Source: an uncultured bacterium (GTDB lineage Bacteria; Zhuqueibacterota; QNDG01; DTFT01). From it: a stretch of DNA of 64,000 nucleotides. Where the stretch lies: the NCBI GenBank assembly GCA_963736115.1, contig CAVTNR010000027.1, positions 1 through 64,000 of the forward strand, given 5' to 3'. The translations under genes were made by a program, and so were the position numbers. Numbering within the stretch: the stretch's first letter is position 1; each line of letters begins with the position of its first letter. Positions 43,231 through 51,952 of this stretch are shown here, one piece after another. The notes beneath the pieces are model-generated. The model made no database searches. It saw only the letters and a program-made list of their open reading frames with translations, and was not told the origin of the DNA.

Positions 43231-45030
43231 TCAGTAATAATACCAGATTGTCTTGTAATCCTCCGGATTCTCGCCTCGGCCCTTGAGTTCCTGCAGGTAA
43301 TCGTGTATGGAAACGTCCTCGTCGACATAGGTGTCCGCGAGGGACAGGTTCTTCTCCCAGGGATGGAATTCATACACTCGTTTGCCGTTCGGCAGAATGC
43401 CGAGCAGGCGGTGATGCTGCTGGGCCCGCAGGTAATTTTTCCCAAGTCTGGGGACGTTGTAGACGGGTTCGTCCGTCCGGGCCAGTCCGGACAGAAGCCG
43501 GGCCTCTTCCTTGATTTCCTGCTGCAGCCGGACCAGCGGAACGCGGTAGCGCTTCGTCTCTTCCTTGCCCTTGGTGTTGAAGGTGTAGTACGGGTCGACG
43601 CCGATCAGTTTCAACAGCCTTCGCAGGGCCGCCAGCTCGAAACGGCGGCTGTTTTCGATCGTGAAAACAGCCTGATTGTACACGGACATCCCCCGCCGCC
43701 TGAATTTCTGGACCGCTTCCATGGCCTCGGGCGTAATCTCATAGGGATGTTCGAAATGGGTAACGACTGCGATTTCCCTGAGTCCAGGGACATGAAAACG
43801 CGCCAGCCCGTCCGCCAGATCCTTCGTGATACGCATGGGAAGGACCACGGGAGTCCGGGTTCCGATTCGGATGCGCTCGATGTGACGGATATCGGAAAGG
43901 GATTCAATCACATCGATGATCCGTTCATCGCTCATCACGAGCGGATCTCCGCCCGTAACCAGGACTTCCCGGATCATCCGGTGTTTCCGGATCCACCGGA
44001 TCGCCGCCTGAATCCGTACGGGAGAAACAAGGGCGTCCGATGCCAGAACATCGTTGATTTCCCAGTTCCGCTGGCAGTACACGCAGATCTGACTGCAGGT
44101 ATTGTAGGGCTTGAGAATCGCGATCATGGGATAACGCCGGGTGACCAGATCCACCGGAGAAGTGTCCTTTTCCAGCATGAAGTCAAGCGACCGGCCGGAA
44201 TCCCTGCGGCTGCGAACCAGGTTCCTGACTGTGTCGCCCGGCGGGATAACCTGGGCGCGAACGGCGTGATCATTTTTACGGTCGGCGCTCCGGTCCATCA
44301 GCGAAACGTAATAAGGGGTGATTCCGAACGGCACGCGGTTCCTGCCGGCCGCGTCAATGGCCGATTTTTCCCCCGGCGTGAGATTGATCAGCTTCTCCAG
44401 AACCGTCGCGCTCCGCACGACGTTGCGGATCTGCCACCGGTAATCGTTCCAGTCCTCTTCATCGCCTCCCAGGCGGCGCAGAATCCGGCGCCTGTTCACG
44501 TCCCGCCTGACTCGGACCCTGTTTTCAAGCCCCGAGACGTACCGCTTCATCCGGGTCTCGGCCTTCAGCGCGATCCGGTCGAGTTGTTCCGAACGGAGAA
44601 TCGAAGCCTTCCTTCCGTGATATTTGGCGAACTCCGGATACGATTCCTGGTCGTAAATGCCGCTTTCTCCCTGAATCGCGAGAAACAGATGGATGATCTC
44701 CTCAAAAAAACCGTCATTCAGATCCTTCGGCAGATGCTCCCGGCGGCCGTTGGCGATTTTCCAGAGAAGCCGGACCAGGCTGAAGCGAATCAAGCGCTCA
44801 CTGCGCACGCTGATCAGGTTCAGGAACGTGTCGATTCCCTGCTCCTGGACGACCCATTCCAGCGGCTGTTTCCTGAGGCTCGAGCGGGCCATCATGCGCT
44901 GCAGCTCGTGCAGATAGGCCTGAAGATAATGCCGCGCCGTGGTGTAGTCGTCGGCCTCGCGCAGGAGGTGATAGATGATCGGATGGACCGCGGCCATCCG
45001 CTTTCTCTGGCGTTCGATACGGTTTTGCAT
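43231..45030 (-). CDS. KamA-family radical SAM protein (2,3-aminomutase-like), long form
   Basis: WNDYRWQ, ITPYY, TRRYP, CSQICVYCQR, LVTGGDP, IRIGTRTPV, THFEHPYE, NQAV. Confidence 0.9.
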   Translation of the reverse strand: MQNRIERQRKRMAAVHPIIYHLLREADDYTTARHYLQAYLHELQRMMARSSLRKQPLEWVVQEQGIDTFLNLISVRSERLIRFSLVRLLWKIANGRREHLPKDLNDGFFEEIIHLFLAIQGESGIYDQESYPEFAKYHGRKASILRSEQLDRIALKAETRMKRYVSGLENRVRVRRDVNRRRILRRLGGDEEDWNDYRWQIRNVVRSATVLEKLINLTPGEKSAIDAAGRNRVPFGITPYYVSLMDRSADRKNDHAVRAQVIPPGDTVRNLVRSRRDSGRSLDFMLEKDTSPVDLVTRRYPMIAILKPYNTCSQICVYCQRNWEINDVLASDALVSPVRIQAAIRWIRKHRMIREVLVTGGDPLVMSDERIIDVIESLSDIRHIERIRIGTRTPVVLPMRITKDLADGLARFHVPGLREIAVVTHFEHPYEITPEAMEAVQKFRRRGMSVYNQAVFTIENSRRFELAALRRLLKLIGVDPYYTFNTKGKEETKRYRVPLVRLQQEIKEEARLLSGLARTDEPVYNVPRLGKNYLRAQQHHRLLGILPNGKRVYEFHPWEKNLSLADTYVDEDVSIHDYLQELKGRGENPEDYKTIWYYY

Positions 45031-45227
45031 GGGAGGACCTCCGTCGCTGGAAACAGGCGGGAACGCACCGGGATACAATGTAGCGAGGAATGCCTTCAAT
45101 CGCAAGACTTTTAGACCGCGGTCACTCTTCCGCCGCAGGTCCGAGGGCATTCTTCACGCCGGGGCCCGGCTTGTCCTGCTGGATCCCCGGTCTACGGCCG
45201 CCGGACCGCGCCTGCGGCCGAAAACAT

Positions 45228-45256
45228 TTGCATCGGAGGCATTATTTTTTTATATT
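45228..45256 (+). promoter_or_regulatory. sigma70-type promoter upstream of the trehalose operon
   Basis: TTGCAT-17-TATATT in the only AT-rich patch of the divergent region. Confidence 0.55.
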
Positions 45257-45487
45257 TAAATAACAGCCATTCGGCGCATTCGGGTTCGGAAGCCTCTCCG
45301 CTTTCCGAAGGTCTTTCGATGGTCGGGCCGCCATCGCGTTGCAGAAGACACGAGAGCGGTCATTTTTTTACGCCCTCCGGGTCAACCGCTCTCTCCTTAA
45401 CCTCCAATCTGTCTTCGGGCCGCCCTCCTGTCCGGCGCCCGGTTTTTCCTCCAATCATCCAGAACCCTTCAAAAGCGTGAGGTCCGT

Positions 45488-45712
45488 ATGCTGATCGACA
45501 AAATCGAGAAACGGCTCGGCATCGATTCGAAAACCGGAAAGGCCCGGTTCAGCGCGCTGGTGACCGCCGTGCTCGTGTTCCTGATCATCTGGGGAGGCAT
45601 GAGCCTTTTCAAACTGGCGCCGACGGACACTATTCTGATGGGGTCGGTCATCGCCGCCCTCTTCGGAGGCGTTCTGGCGTTTGTGAAGAAACTGGCGGAA
45701 GAGGAAAAATAG
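45488..45712 (+). CDS. Small two-TM membrane protein (74 aa)
   Basis: GAGG RBS, two hydrophobic segments, host-like codon usage. Confidence 0.7.
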   Translation: MLIDKIEKRLGIDSKTGKARFSALVTAVLVFLIIWGGMSLFKLAPTDTILMGSVIAALFGGVLAFVKKLAEEEK

Positions 45713-45798
45713 AACGCCCCCTACTCCGTATCCGGTGATGCCCCGGTTCCGGCCCAGGCGGCGTTTCCGTTACCGCATATCCCTGACCTGGAGTCCCG

Positions 45799-48030
45799 AT
45801 GAAACGTTTCCTGTTCTTCCTCTTTCCAATTCTGGTCATTGTCACCGCGGGTCTCGGTCTTTTCGGTTTTCTGCAGGTGCGATCCGTCGAAGAAAAGATG
45901 GCGGACGACCTCCGCCGCAAGGTGACCGCGCTCGCCGAAAGCATCGGGGCCTCCTCCCGTCATCTCTTCGTCTCCTTCCAGCCCCGTCCGGCCCAGCGGC
46001 TGGTCGATTCTTTCGACCGGCGCGAACGGCTCCAAGGCTGCGCACTGTACGACAGCACGGGCCGTCTTCTGACCGTCTCGGAGCGTATGGACAGCTGGCG
46101 CAATGCCGAAGACCCGGTCCTCCCGAAGGTGCTGGAAACCCGGCGGCCGGAAGGCGACACGATGTCTTTTGCGGGCGCGACCCTGTTCGTTTACGCCTCT
46201 CCCGTGTTTGATGATGACAGCAGTCTTCTGGGCATCGTCGAGATCCTGCACGATACGTCTTATCTGTACCCGGTCCAGACGGCACTGTGGAAAAGGCTCA
46301 GTATCGTTCTGTTCGCCATGACTGTGCTGATTGTCGCCGTCCTTTTCCTGATGCAGCGGCGCCTGTTCACACTCCCGATCCTCCGGATGGCGGACTGGTT
46401 CGACCGTTTTCAAAAAGGCGAGACGGATGCGCCCCGGCCGCCTGACGCGCAGGGCGAACTGCGGCGGCTGGCCGACGAGGTGGAGCAGGCGGCCCTCACG
46501 CTCCGCGTGGCGCGGAAGGCCATCTCCAGGGAAGCCGCGGTTCGGATGAAGAAAGAGGACCGCTGGACGGAATCCAGGCTGAGAGACCTGGTACACGCCA
46601 GGCTCGGCGTATCGGCCTTCTTCGTCGTCTCCAACCGCGAACCGTACATTCACGAACTCAACCCGCCGGGTCCGCCCCGGTGCGTCCGCCCGGCCAGCGG
46701 CGTGGTCACCGCCCTGGATCCCATTCTGAAGGCTTCGGGCGGCACCTGGATCGCGCACGGAAGCGGAAAAGCCGATTTCCTGGCTGTCAATTCCAAGGGC
46801 AATCTCGGCGTCCCGCCGGAGGACCCGCGCTACATCCTCAAGCGCGTGCGCCTGACCAAAGAGGAGGAGAACGGGTATTACTACGGATTCTCGAACGAGG
46901 GACTGTGGCCGCTGTGCCATGTCACCCACACGCGCCCTGTTTTCCGCGAATCGGACTGGAAAACCTACCGGGAGGTGAACCGGAAATTCGCCGATGCCGT
47001 GCTGGACGAACTGCCTGTCGGAAAGGCGTTCGTCTTCATCCAGGACTACCATTTCACCCTGCTGGGACGGATGATCAAGGAAAAACGGCCGGATGTGTCC
47101 GTCGCGCTTTTCTGGCATATCCCGTGGCCGAATCCGGAAATTTTCGCCATCTGCCCCTATTACACGGAAATCCTCGACGGAATGCTCGGATGCGACCTGC
47201 TCGGTTTCCACGTCCAGATCCACTGCAACAACTTTCTGGACACCGTCAATCGGCTCCTGGAATGCCGCGTGGACACCGAGCGGTTCACCGTGGTGCGGAA
47301 TGAGAAGGAAACCGCGGTGCGGTCCTTCCCGATCAGCGTCGATGACGCGATGGGACGCGACCTGCCGGAGGACGGAGACGCCGTCCGGGAGATCGATCGG
47401 GAATACGACCTGCAGGGAAAAACCGTCGCCATCGGCGTGGACCGCATCGACTACACGAAGGGTATCGCCGAACGCCTTCATGCCGTGGACCGTTTTCTGG
47501 AGAAGCATCCGGAATACCGGAACCGTTTCGTCTTCATCCAGATCGGCGCCCCGAGCCGCGTGCACATCAAGCGGTACCATGATCTGGGAGGCGAAATCGA
47601 CGAGCTGGTGGAAAAACTGAACTGGAAGCATTCGGACGGCACGTGGAAGCCGATTATCTACCTGAAGCGGCACTTCACGCCGGATGAAATACGTCCCTTT
47701 TACAAACGGTCCGACATCTGCATCGTCAGTTCCCTGCATGACGGCATGAACCTGGTGGCGAAGGAATACGTGACGGCCCGCACCGGCGACGACGGTGTCC
47801 TGCTGCTCAGCATCTTCACCGGCGCTTCACGGGAGCTGGGCGAAGCGGTTTCGATCAATCCTTACGCCACGGAAGATTTCGCGGACCGGATTTTTCAGGC
47901 GGCGGAGATGCCGGAGGATGAAAAACGCAGGCGCATGCAGAGCCTCCGCGCGACGGTTTCGGATTACAACATCTACCGGTGGGCCGGACAGATCGTCTCC
48001 GAATGGACGGCCCTGCCGCCCGCCGGCTGA
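45799..48030 (+). CDS. otsA: Trehalose-6-phosphate synthase (GT20) with N-terminal TM-periplasmic-TM-HAMP-like extension
   Basis: VVSNREP, YYYGFSNEGLWPLCH, IQDYH, FWHIPWP, GVDRIDYTKG, DGMNLVAKE. Confidence 0.92.
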   Translation: MKRFLFFLFPILVIVTAGLGLFGFLQVRSVEEKMADDLRRKVTALAESIGASSRHLFVSFQPRPAQRLVDSFDRRERLQGCALYDSTGRLLTVSERMDSWRNAEDPVLPKVLETRRPEGDTMSFAGATLFVYASPVFDDDSSLLGIVEILHDTSYLYPVQTALWKRLSIVLFAMTVLIVAVLFLMQRRLFTLPILRMADWFDRFQKGETDAPRPPDAQGELRRLADEVEQAALTLRVARKAISREAAVRMKKEDRWTESRLRDLVHARLGVSAFFVVSNREPYIHELNPPGPPRCVRPASGVVTALDPILKASGGTWIAHGSGKADFLAVNSKGNLGVPPEDPRYILKRVRLTKEEENGYYYGFSNEGLWPLCHVTHTRPVFRESDWKTYREVNRKFADAVLDELPVGKAFVFIQDYHFTLLGRMIKEKRPDVSVALFWHIPWPNPEIFAICPYYTEILDGMLGCDLLGFHVQIHCNNFLDTVNRLLECRVDTERFTVVRNEKETAVRSFPISVDDAMGRDLPEDGDAVREIDREYDLQGKTVAIGVDRIDYTKGIAERLHAVDRFLEKHPEYRNRFVFIQIGAPSRVHIKRYHDLGGEIDELVEKLNWKHSDGTWKPIIYLKRHFTPDEIRPFYKRSDICIVSSLHDGMNLVAKEYVTARTGDDGVLLLSIFTGASRELGEAVSINPYATEDFADRIFQAAEMPEDEKRRRMQSLRATVSDYNIYRWAGQIVSEWTALPPAG

Positions 48031-48062
48031 CTCCCCCCGTTCCCGAAAACCTGGAGATTCCC

Positions 48063-49145
48063 GTGCAATTCGGCGAAATCACCGGATGGATCTCGCAACC
48101 GCGGAACCTGCTTCCGCTTCTGTCGCCCGCCGCAGCCCTGATTCTGGGACTCTGGGTCCGGAAGGCGCTGTTCCGGCGGCTGAGGCGTCTGTCGCAAAGA
48201 ACCCGGTCGACATGGGACGATGTGGTGATCGAATCGATCCGTACACCGTTCCTCCTCTGGTGCATCATGGGGGGGATATACGTGGCGTTGACGCTCTACG
48301 CTCTCCCCGACCGGCTTCTCGCAATCAGCGGAAAAGTCCTGTTCATCCTGGCCGTCCTCTCGCTGGTGATGGCTTTTTCGAACGCCTCCGCTTCCCTGAT
48401 CCGCGCTTCAGCGGGACGAATCACCGGCCCCCTTCCGATGGCGTCACTCACCCATCATGCAATCCGGATTGTGCTGTGGATTCTGGGCGCGCTCATTGTG
48501 CTGAACACCCTCGGCATTTCCGTAACGCCGATTCTGGCGACCCTGGGCGTCGGAGGACTGGCCGTCGCTCTCGCCCTTCAGGACACGCTCGCCAATCTGT
48601 TCGCGGGTTTTCATGTCATCGCCTCCGGACAGGTGAGAAGCGGCGATTTTGTACGCCTCGAGAGCGGACAGGAAGGCACCATCGAGGACATCGGCTGGCG
48701 CATCACGAAGATCCGCATGCTGTCGAACAACATCGTTCTGATTCCGAACGCCAAGCTGGCCCAGGCCGTTCTGGTCAATTATCACCTTCCGGAACCGGAA
48801 ATGTCCGTCCTGATCGAAGTGAGCGTTCATTACGACAGCGACCTAGCCCTGGTTGAAAAAGTCACCGTGGATGTCGCCTCCGAGGTCCTGCACACCGTGG
48901 CGGGCGGCGTTTCCGGGTTCACGCCGTTTATCCGGTACCACACCTTCGGTGACTCGGGCATTCACTTCACGGTGATTCTCCGGGTGAAGGAGTATGTGGA
49001 TCAGTACCTCATCAAGCACGAATTCGTGAAAAGCCTCCACGAACGCTACCGCAGGGAAGGAATCGTGATCCCCTACCCCATGCGCACCCTGACATGGGAA
49101 CCCGTCGGCGGCCGTCCCGCTCAGCCGGCCGGTCCGGTTGGTTGA
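48063..49145 (+). CDS. Small-conductance mechanosensitive channel (MscS family)
   Basis: LGVGGLAVALALQDTLANLFAG, GDFV, IGWRIT, IPNA, IPYP; GTG start after GGAG. Confidence 0.93.
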   Translation: MQFGEITGWISQPRNLLPLLSPAAALILGLWVRKALFRRLRRLSQRTRSTWDDVVIESIRTPFLLWCIMGGIYVALTLYALPDRLLAISGKVLFILAVLSLVMAFSNASASLIRASAGRITGPLPMASLTHHAIRIVLWILGALIVLNTLGISVTPILATLGVGGLAVALALQDTLANLFAGFHVIASGQVRSGDFVRLESGQEGTIEDIGWRITKIRMLSNNIVLIPNAKLAQAVLVNYHLPEPEMSVLIEVSVHYDSDLALVEKVTVDVASEVLHTVAGGVSGFTPFIRYHTFGDSGIHFTVILRVKEYVDQYLIKHEFVKSLHERYRREGIVIPYPMRTLTWEPVGGRPAQPAGPVG

Positions 49146-49154
49146 GCGGACGCC

Positions 49155-49952
49155 ATGCCCTCGATCCTTCGTCGCTGGTCCGAAGTGAAGCCGCGGCTGG
49201 CATCCGGCAGGCTTGCCGTTTTCCTGGACTTCGACGGAACACTGGCGCCCATCGTCCGCCAGCCCGGGCAAGCCGCCATTTCCCCGTGCCTCCGCCGGAC
49301 GCTTTCCCGGTTATCCGCCTGCCCCGGCGTGCGGGTCGGCGTGGTGAGCGGCCGATCGCTGACCGACCTGAAAAAACGCGTCCGACTGCGGAAAATCGCC
49401 TACGCCGGGAACCATGGACTCGAGATCGAGGGCACGGGCTTCCGGTTCCGCCTCAGGACTCCGCCGGATTATCCGCGGACCCTGGCCCGCGTCCGGGTCT
49501 CGATCGCCGGTCTGCCGTCCGTGTTTCCGGGAACCGAGATCGAGGATAAGGGATTGACGCTGTCTTTTCATTACCGCAGGGCGAACCGCCTGATCGTTCC
49601 CGAGGCCGTTGCGGCGTTCCGCCGTGCCGTCCGGCCCTATCAGAACCGCCTGCAGATCCGGACCGGCAAGCGGATTCTGGAGATCCGTCCGCCGGCTCCC
49701 TGGGGCAAGGGAGAAGCCGTTCTGTGGCTCCTGTCGAACCAAGTCTGGCTCCCGGGCCGGATGCCGACGACGGCCGTCTATATCGGTGACGATCGTACAG
49801 ACGAGGATGCTTTCCGGGCGCTTCGGGATGATGGCGTGACGATCCGGGTTGGCCGTTCGGTCCGATCGGCCGCCCGTTACACCATCGACGATACGGAATC
49901 GACAGCCCGTTTTCTGGACAGGCTCGTTCGACTCCGGGAAGGATCAAAATGA
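49155..49952 (+). CDS. otsB: Trehalose-6-phosphate phosphatase
   Basis: FLDFDGTL, VSGRS, YAGNHGLE, IEDK..HYR, KGEAV, GDDRTDEDAF. Confidence 0.95.
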   Translation: MPSILRRWSEVKPRLASGRLAVFLDFDGTLAPIVRQPGQAAISPCLRRTLSRLSACPGVRVGVVSGRSLTDLKKRVRLRKIAYAGNHGLEIEGTGFRFRLRTPPDYPRTLARVRVSIAGLPSVFPGTEIEDKGLTLSFHYRRANRLIVPEAVAAFRRAVRPYQNRLQIRTGKRILEIRPPAPWGKGEAVLWLLSNQVWLPGRMPTTAVYIGDDRTDEDAFRALRDDGVTIRVGRSVRSAARYTIDDTESTARFLDRLVRLREGSK

Positions 49953-50623
49953 CTGAATTGACACAAGCGATGGAACCATTCCGGTTTTACACCCGGCTCC
50001 ATCTGACGGAACTGCTGGGCATCCGGGCGTCCTCGCTCGCGGAGCTGATCCGCTGCGTGAACAACGTGCCGGGGTCAAGCATCTACCACCACACGCACCG
50101 TTTTCTGCAGCAGCACCAGTACCTCTCCCCCGAGCCGCCGAACGATTTCGCCTACTGGGTGACGGAGGCGCTCGGAGAGGAGGCGCTGGGCGAACGCCTG
50201 GCCAGCGTGAACACTGTTCAGTTCGGAGACATCCGGAGCCTGCGGGAATCCCTGTGCGGCACGATGGAGCGCTACGCGGGGGAGCATCCCCGGGCGCTGG
50301 CCAAAACCGCGGATCCGGGCGAAGAGTTCTTTTTCATGAAATCCATCAGCTTCGTTCTGCCCACCCGGCATGAAGCCCGGACGCTGGAGGAATTCACCGG
50401 CATTCTGCAGGAGATCACCGCCGACTCCCTGTATTACCACATGTTCGAGTCGCGCCTGCGCCTCGAGAAGCAGACGAATGACTTTTCAACCTGGTTTTCC
50501 GGCTCACTCGGCGATGCTGCGCTTGCCGCCGATGTCGAGCGCCTCGATCCGTACACGCATACCATGGAGGGCCTGCGGCGCTCCCTTCTCCGGCTCGTCC
50601 GGAGAAGGATCCCGCGCCGGTGA
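49949..50623 (+). CDS. DUF5752-like (TreT-associated) protein with internal duplication
   Basis: Two repeats: A.SL.E...SIYHH..NDFAYW and A.TLEE..SLYYH..NDFSTW; directly upstream of treT. Confidence 0.75.
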   Translation: MTELTQAMEPFRFYTRLHLTELLGIRASSLAELIRCVNNVPGSSIYHHTHRFLQQHQYLSPEPPNDFAYWVTEALGEEALGERLASVNTVQFGDIRSLRESLCGTMERYAGEHPRALAKTADPGEEFFFMKSISFVLPTRHEARTLEEFTGILQEITADSLYYHMFESRLRLEKQTNDFSTWFSGSLGDAALAADVERLDPYTHTMEGLRRSLLRLVRRRIPRR

Positions 50624-50627
50624 CACG

Positions 50628-51836
50628 ATGCAACTTGACGACTACATTCCGATCGTGGGCCGGTCCGTTATCGAGGACCTGCGCCTGCTGTCCGAGCGGC
50701 TGTCCGGCCGCCGGATTCAGCACGTCAACTCAACCGCCGTCGGCGGCGGCGTGGCGGAAATTCTCAACCGCATGGTGCCCCTGTGCAACGAACTGGGCGT
50801 CGATTCCCGCTGGGACGTGATCACGGGCGGAGAACGCTTCTACAGCGTGACCAAAAAATTCCACAACGCCCTTCACGGGAAGCCCGAATCCCTGACCCGC
50901 GAGGATTTCGAGGTCTTCGTCGAAAACGGCCGTCTCAACGCCGAACGGACGGCGACCGACGCGGACATCGTCTTCATCCACGACCCCCAGCCGGTGACCC
51001 TGATCGAAAAGAAATCCGGCAACAAGTGGATCTGGCGGTGCCACGTCGACGTCTCCGATCCCCTGCAGGAGGTCTGGCGTTTTCTCGCCGACTACGTGGT
51101 CCGCTACGACGCGGCCGTGTTCTCCGCGCCGGGATTCTCCCGTGAATTGCCCATGCGCCAGGTGCTGATCTCTCCGTCCATCGATCCGCTGAGTGACAAG
51201 AACCGGGACATCGGGCCGGACGTCATCGACGCCGTGATGAACAAGTACGGCATCCCCCGCGACAAGCCGATCGTCACCCAGGTCTCCCGCTTCGACCGGC
51301 TGAAGGACCCGGTCGGCGTGCTCGAGGCGTACCGGATCGCGAAAAAGAACGTCGACTGCCGCCTCGTGCTGGCCGGCGGCACGGCTTCGGACGACCCGGA
51401 AGGCGCCGAAGTGTACCAGGAGGTCATGGACCGGGCGGCCGGCGATCCGGACGTGCACATCCTGCTCCTATCGCAGAACGACATCGAGATCAACGCCCTT
51501 CAGCGCGCCTCGGACGTCATCGTGCAGAAATCGCTCAAGGAGGGATTCGGCCTCACCGTCACCGAGGCCCTGTGGAAGGCGAAGCCGGTCCTGGCCTCGG
51601 CCGTGGGAGGCATTCCCCTGCAGATCCGGCACAAATATTCGGGACTGCTCTGCCATTCGGTTGAGGGCGCGGCATTTTCACTCAAGCAGCTGCTGAACAG
51701 CCCGGAATACGCGAAAAAGCTCGGGGAAAACGGACGGGAACACGTCCGGAATAATTTCCTGCTGACACGGCACCTGCGCGAATACCTGCTCCTCTTCCTT
51801 TCCATGACCCGCACGGGGGACGTGGTGTATCTGTAA
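50628..51836 (+). CDS. treT: Trehalose glycosyltransferring synthase (GT4, TreT-type)
   Basis: HVNSTAVGGGVAEIL, TKKFHNALHG, IHDPQP, WRCHVD, SRFDRLKDP, EGFGLTVTEALWK. Confidence 0.9.
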   Translation: MQLDDYIPIVGRSVIEDLRLLSERLSGRRIQHVNSTAVGGGVAEILNRMVPLCNELGVDSRWDVITGGERFYSVTKKFHNALHGKPESLTREDFEVFVENGRLNAERTATDADIVFIHDPQPVTLIEKKSGNKWIWRCHVDVSDPLQEVWRFLADYVVRYDAAVFSAPGFSRELPMRQVLISPSIDPLSDKNRDIGPDVIDAVMNKYGIPRDKPIVTQVSRFDRLKDPVGVLEAYRIAKKNVDCRLVLAGGTASDDPEGAEVYQEVMDRAAGDPDVHILLLSQNDIEINALQRASDVIVQKSLKEGFGLTVTEALWKAKPVLASAVGGIPLQIRHKYSGLLCHSVEGAAFSLKQLLNSPEYAKKLGENGREHVRNNFLLTRHLREYLLLFLSMTRTGDVVYL

Positions 51837-51952
51837 TCCTTCCGTCAGACGGGGCCGATGGTGCCCGTCTGTGGACGCGTCCCTTCGCTTCGCCGGAAGA
51901 ACGGAGAAGAACGGATCGGATGAATCACGTCGGGGAACGGGAGCCGGAAGAG

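Noticed and set aside
43159-47739. Long antisense ORFs 43159..45114 (+) and 45721..47739 (-)
   Set aside because: Shadows of the KamA-like gene and otsA in high-GC DNA, with no motifs
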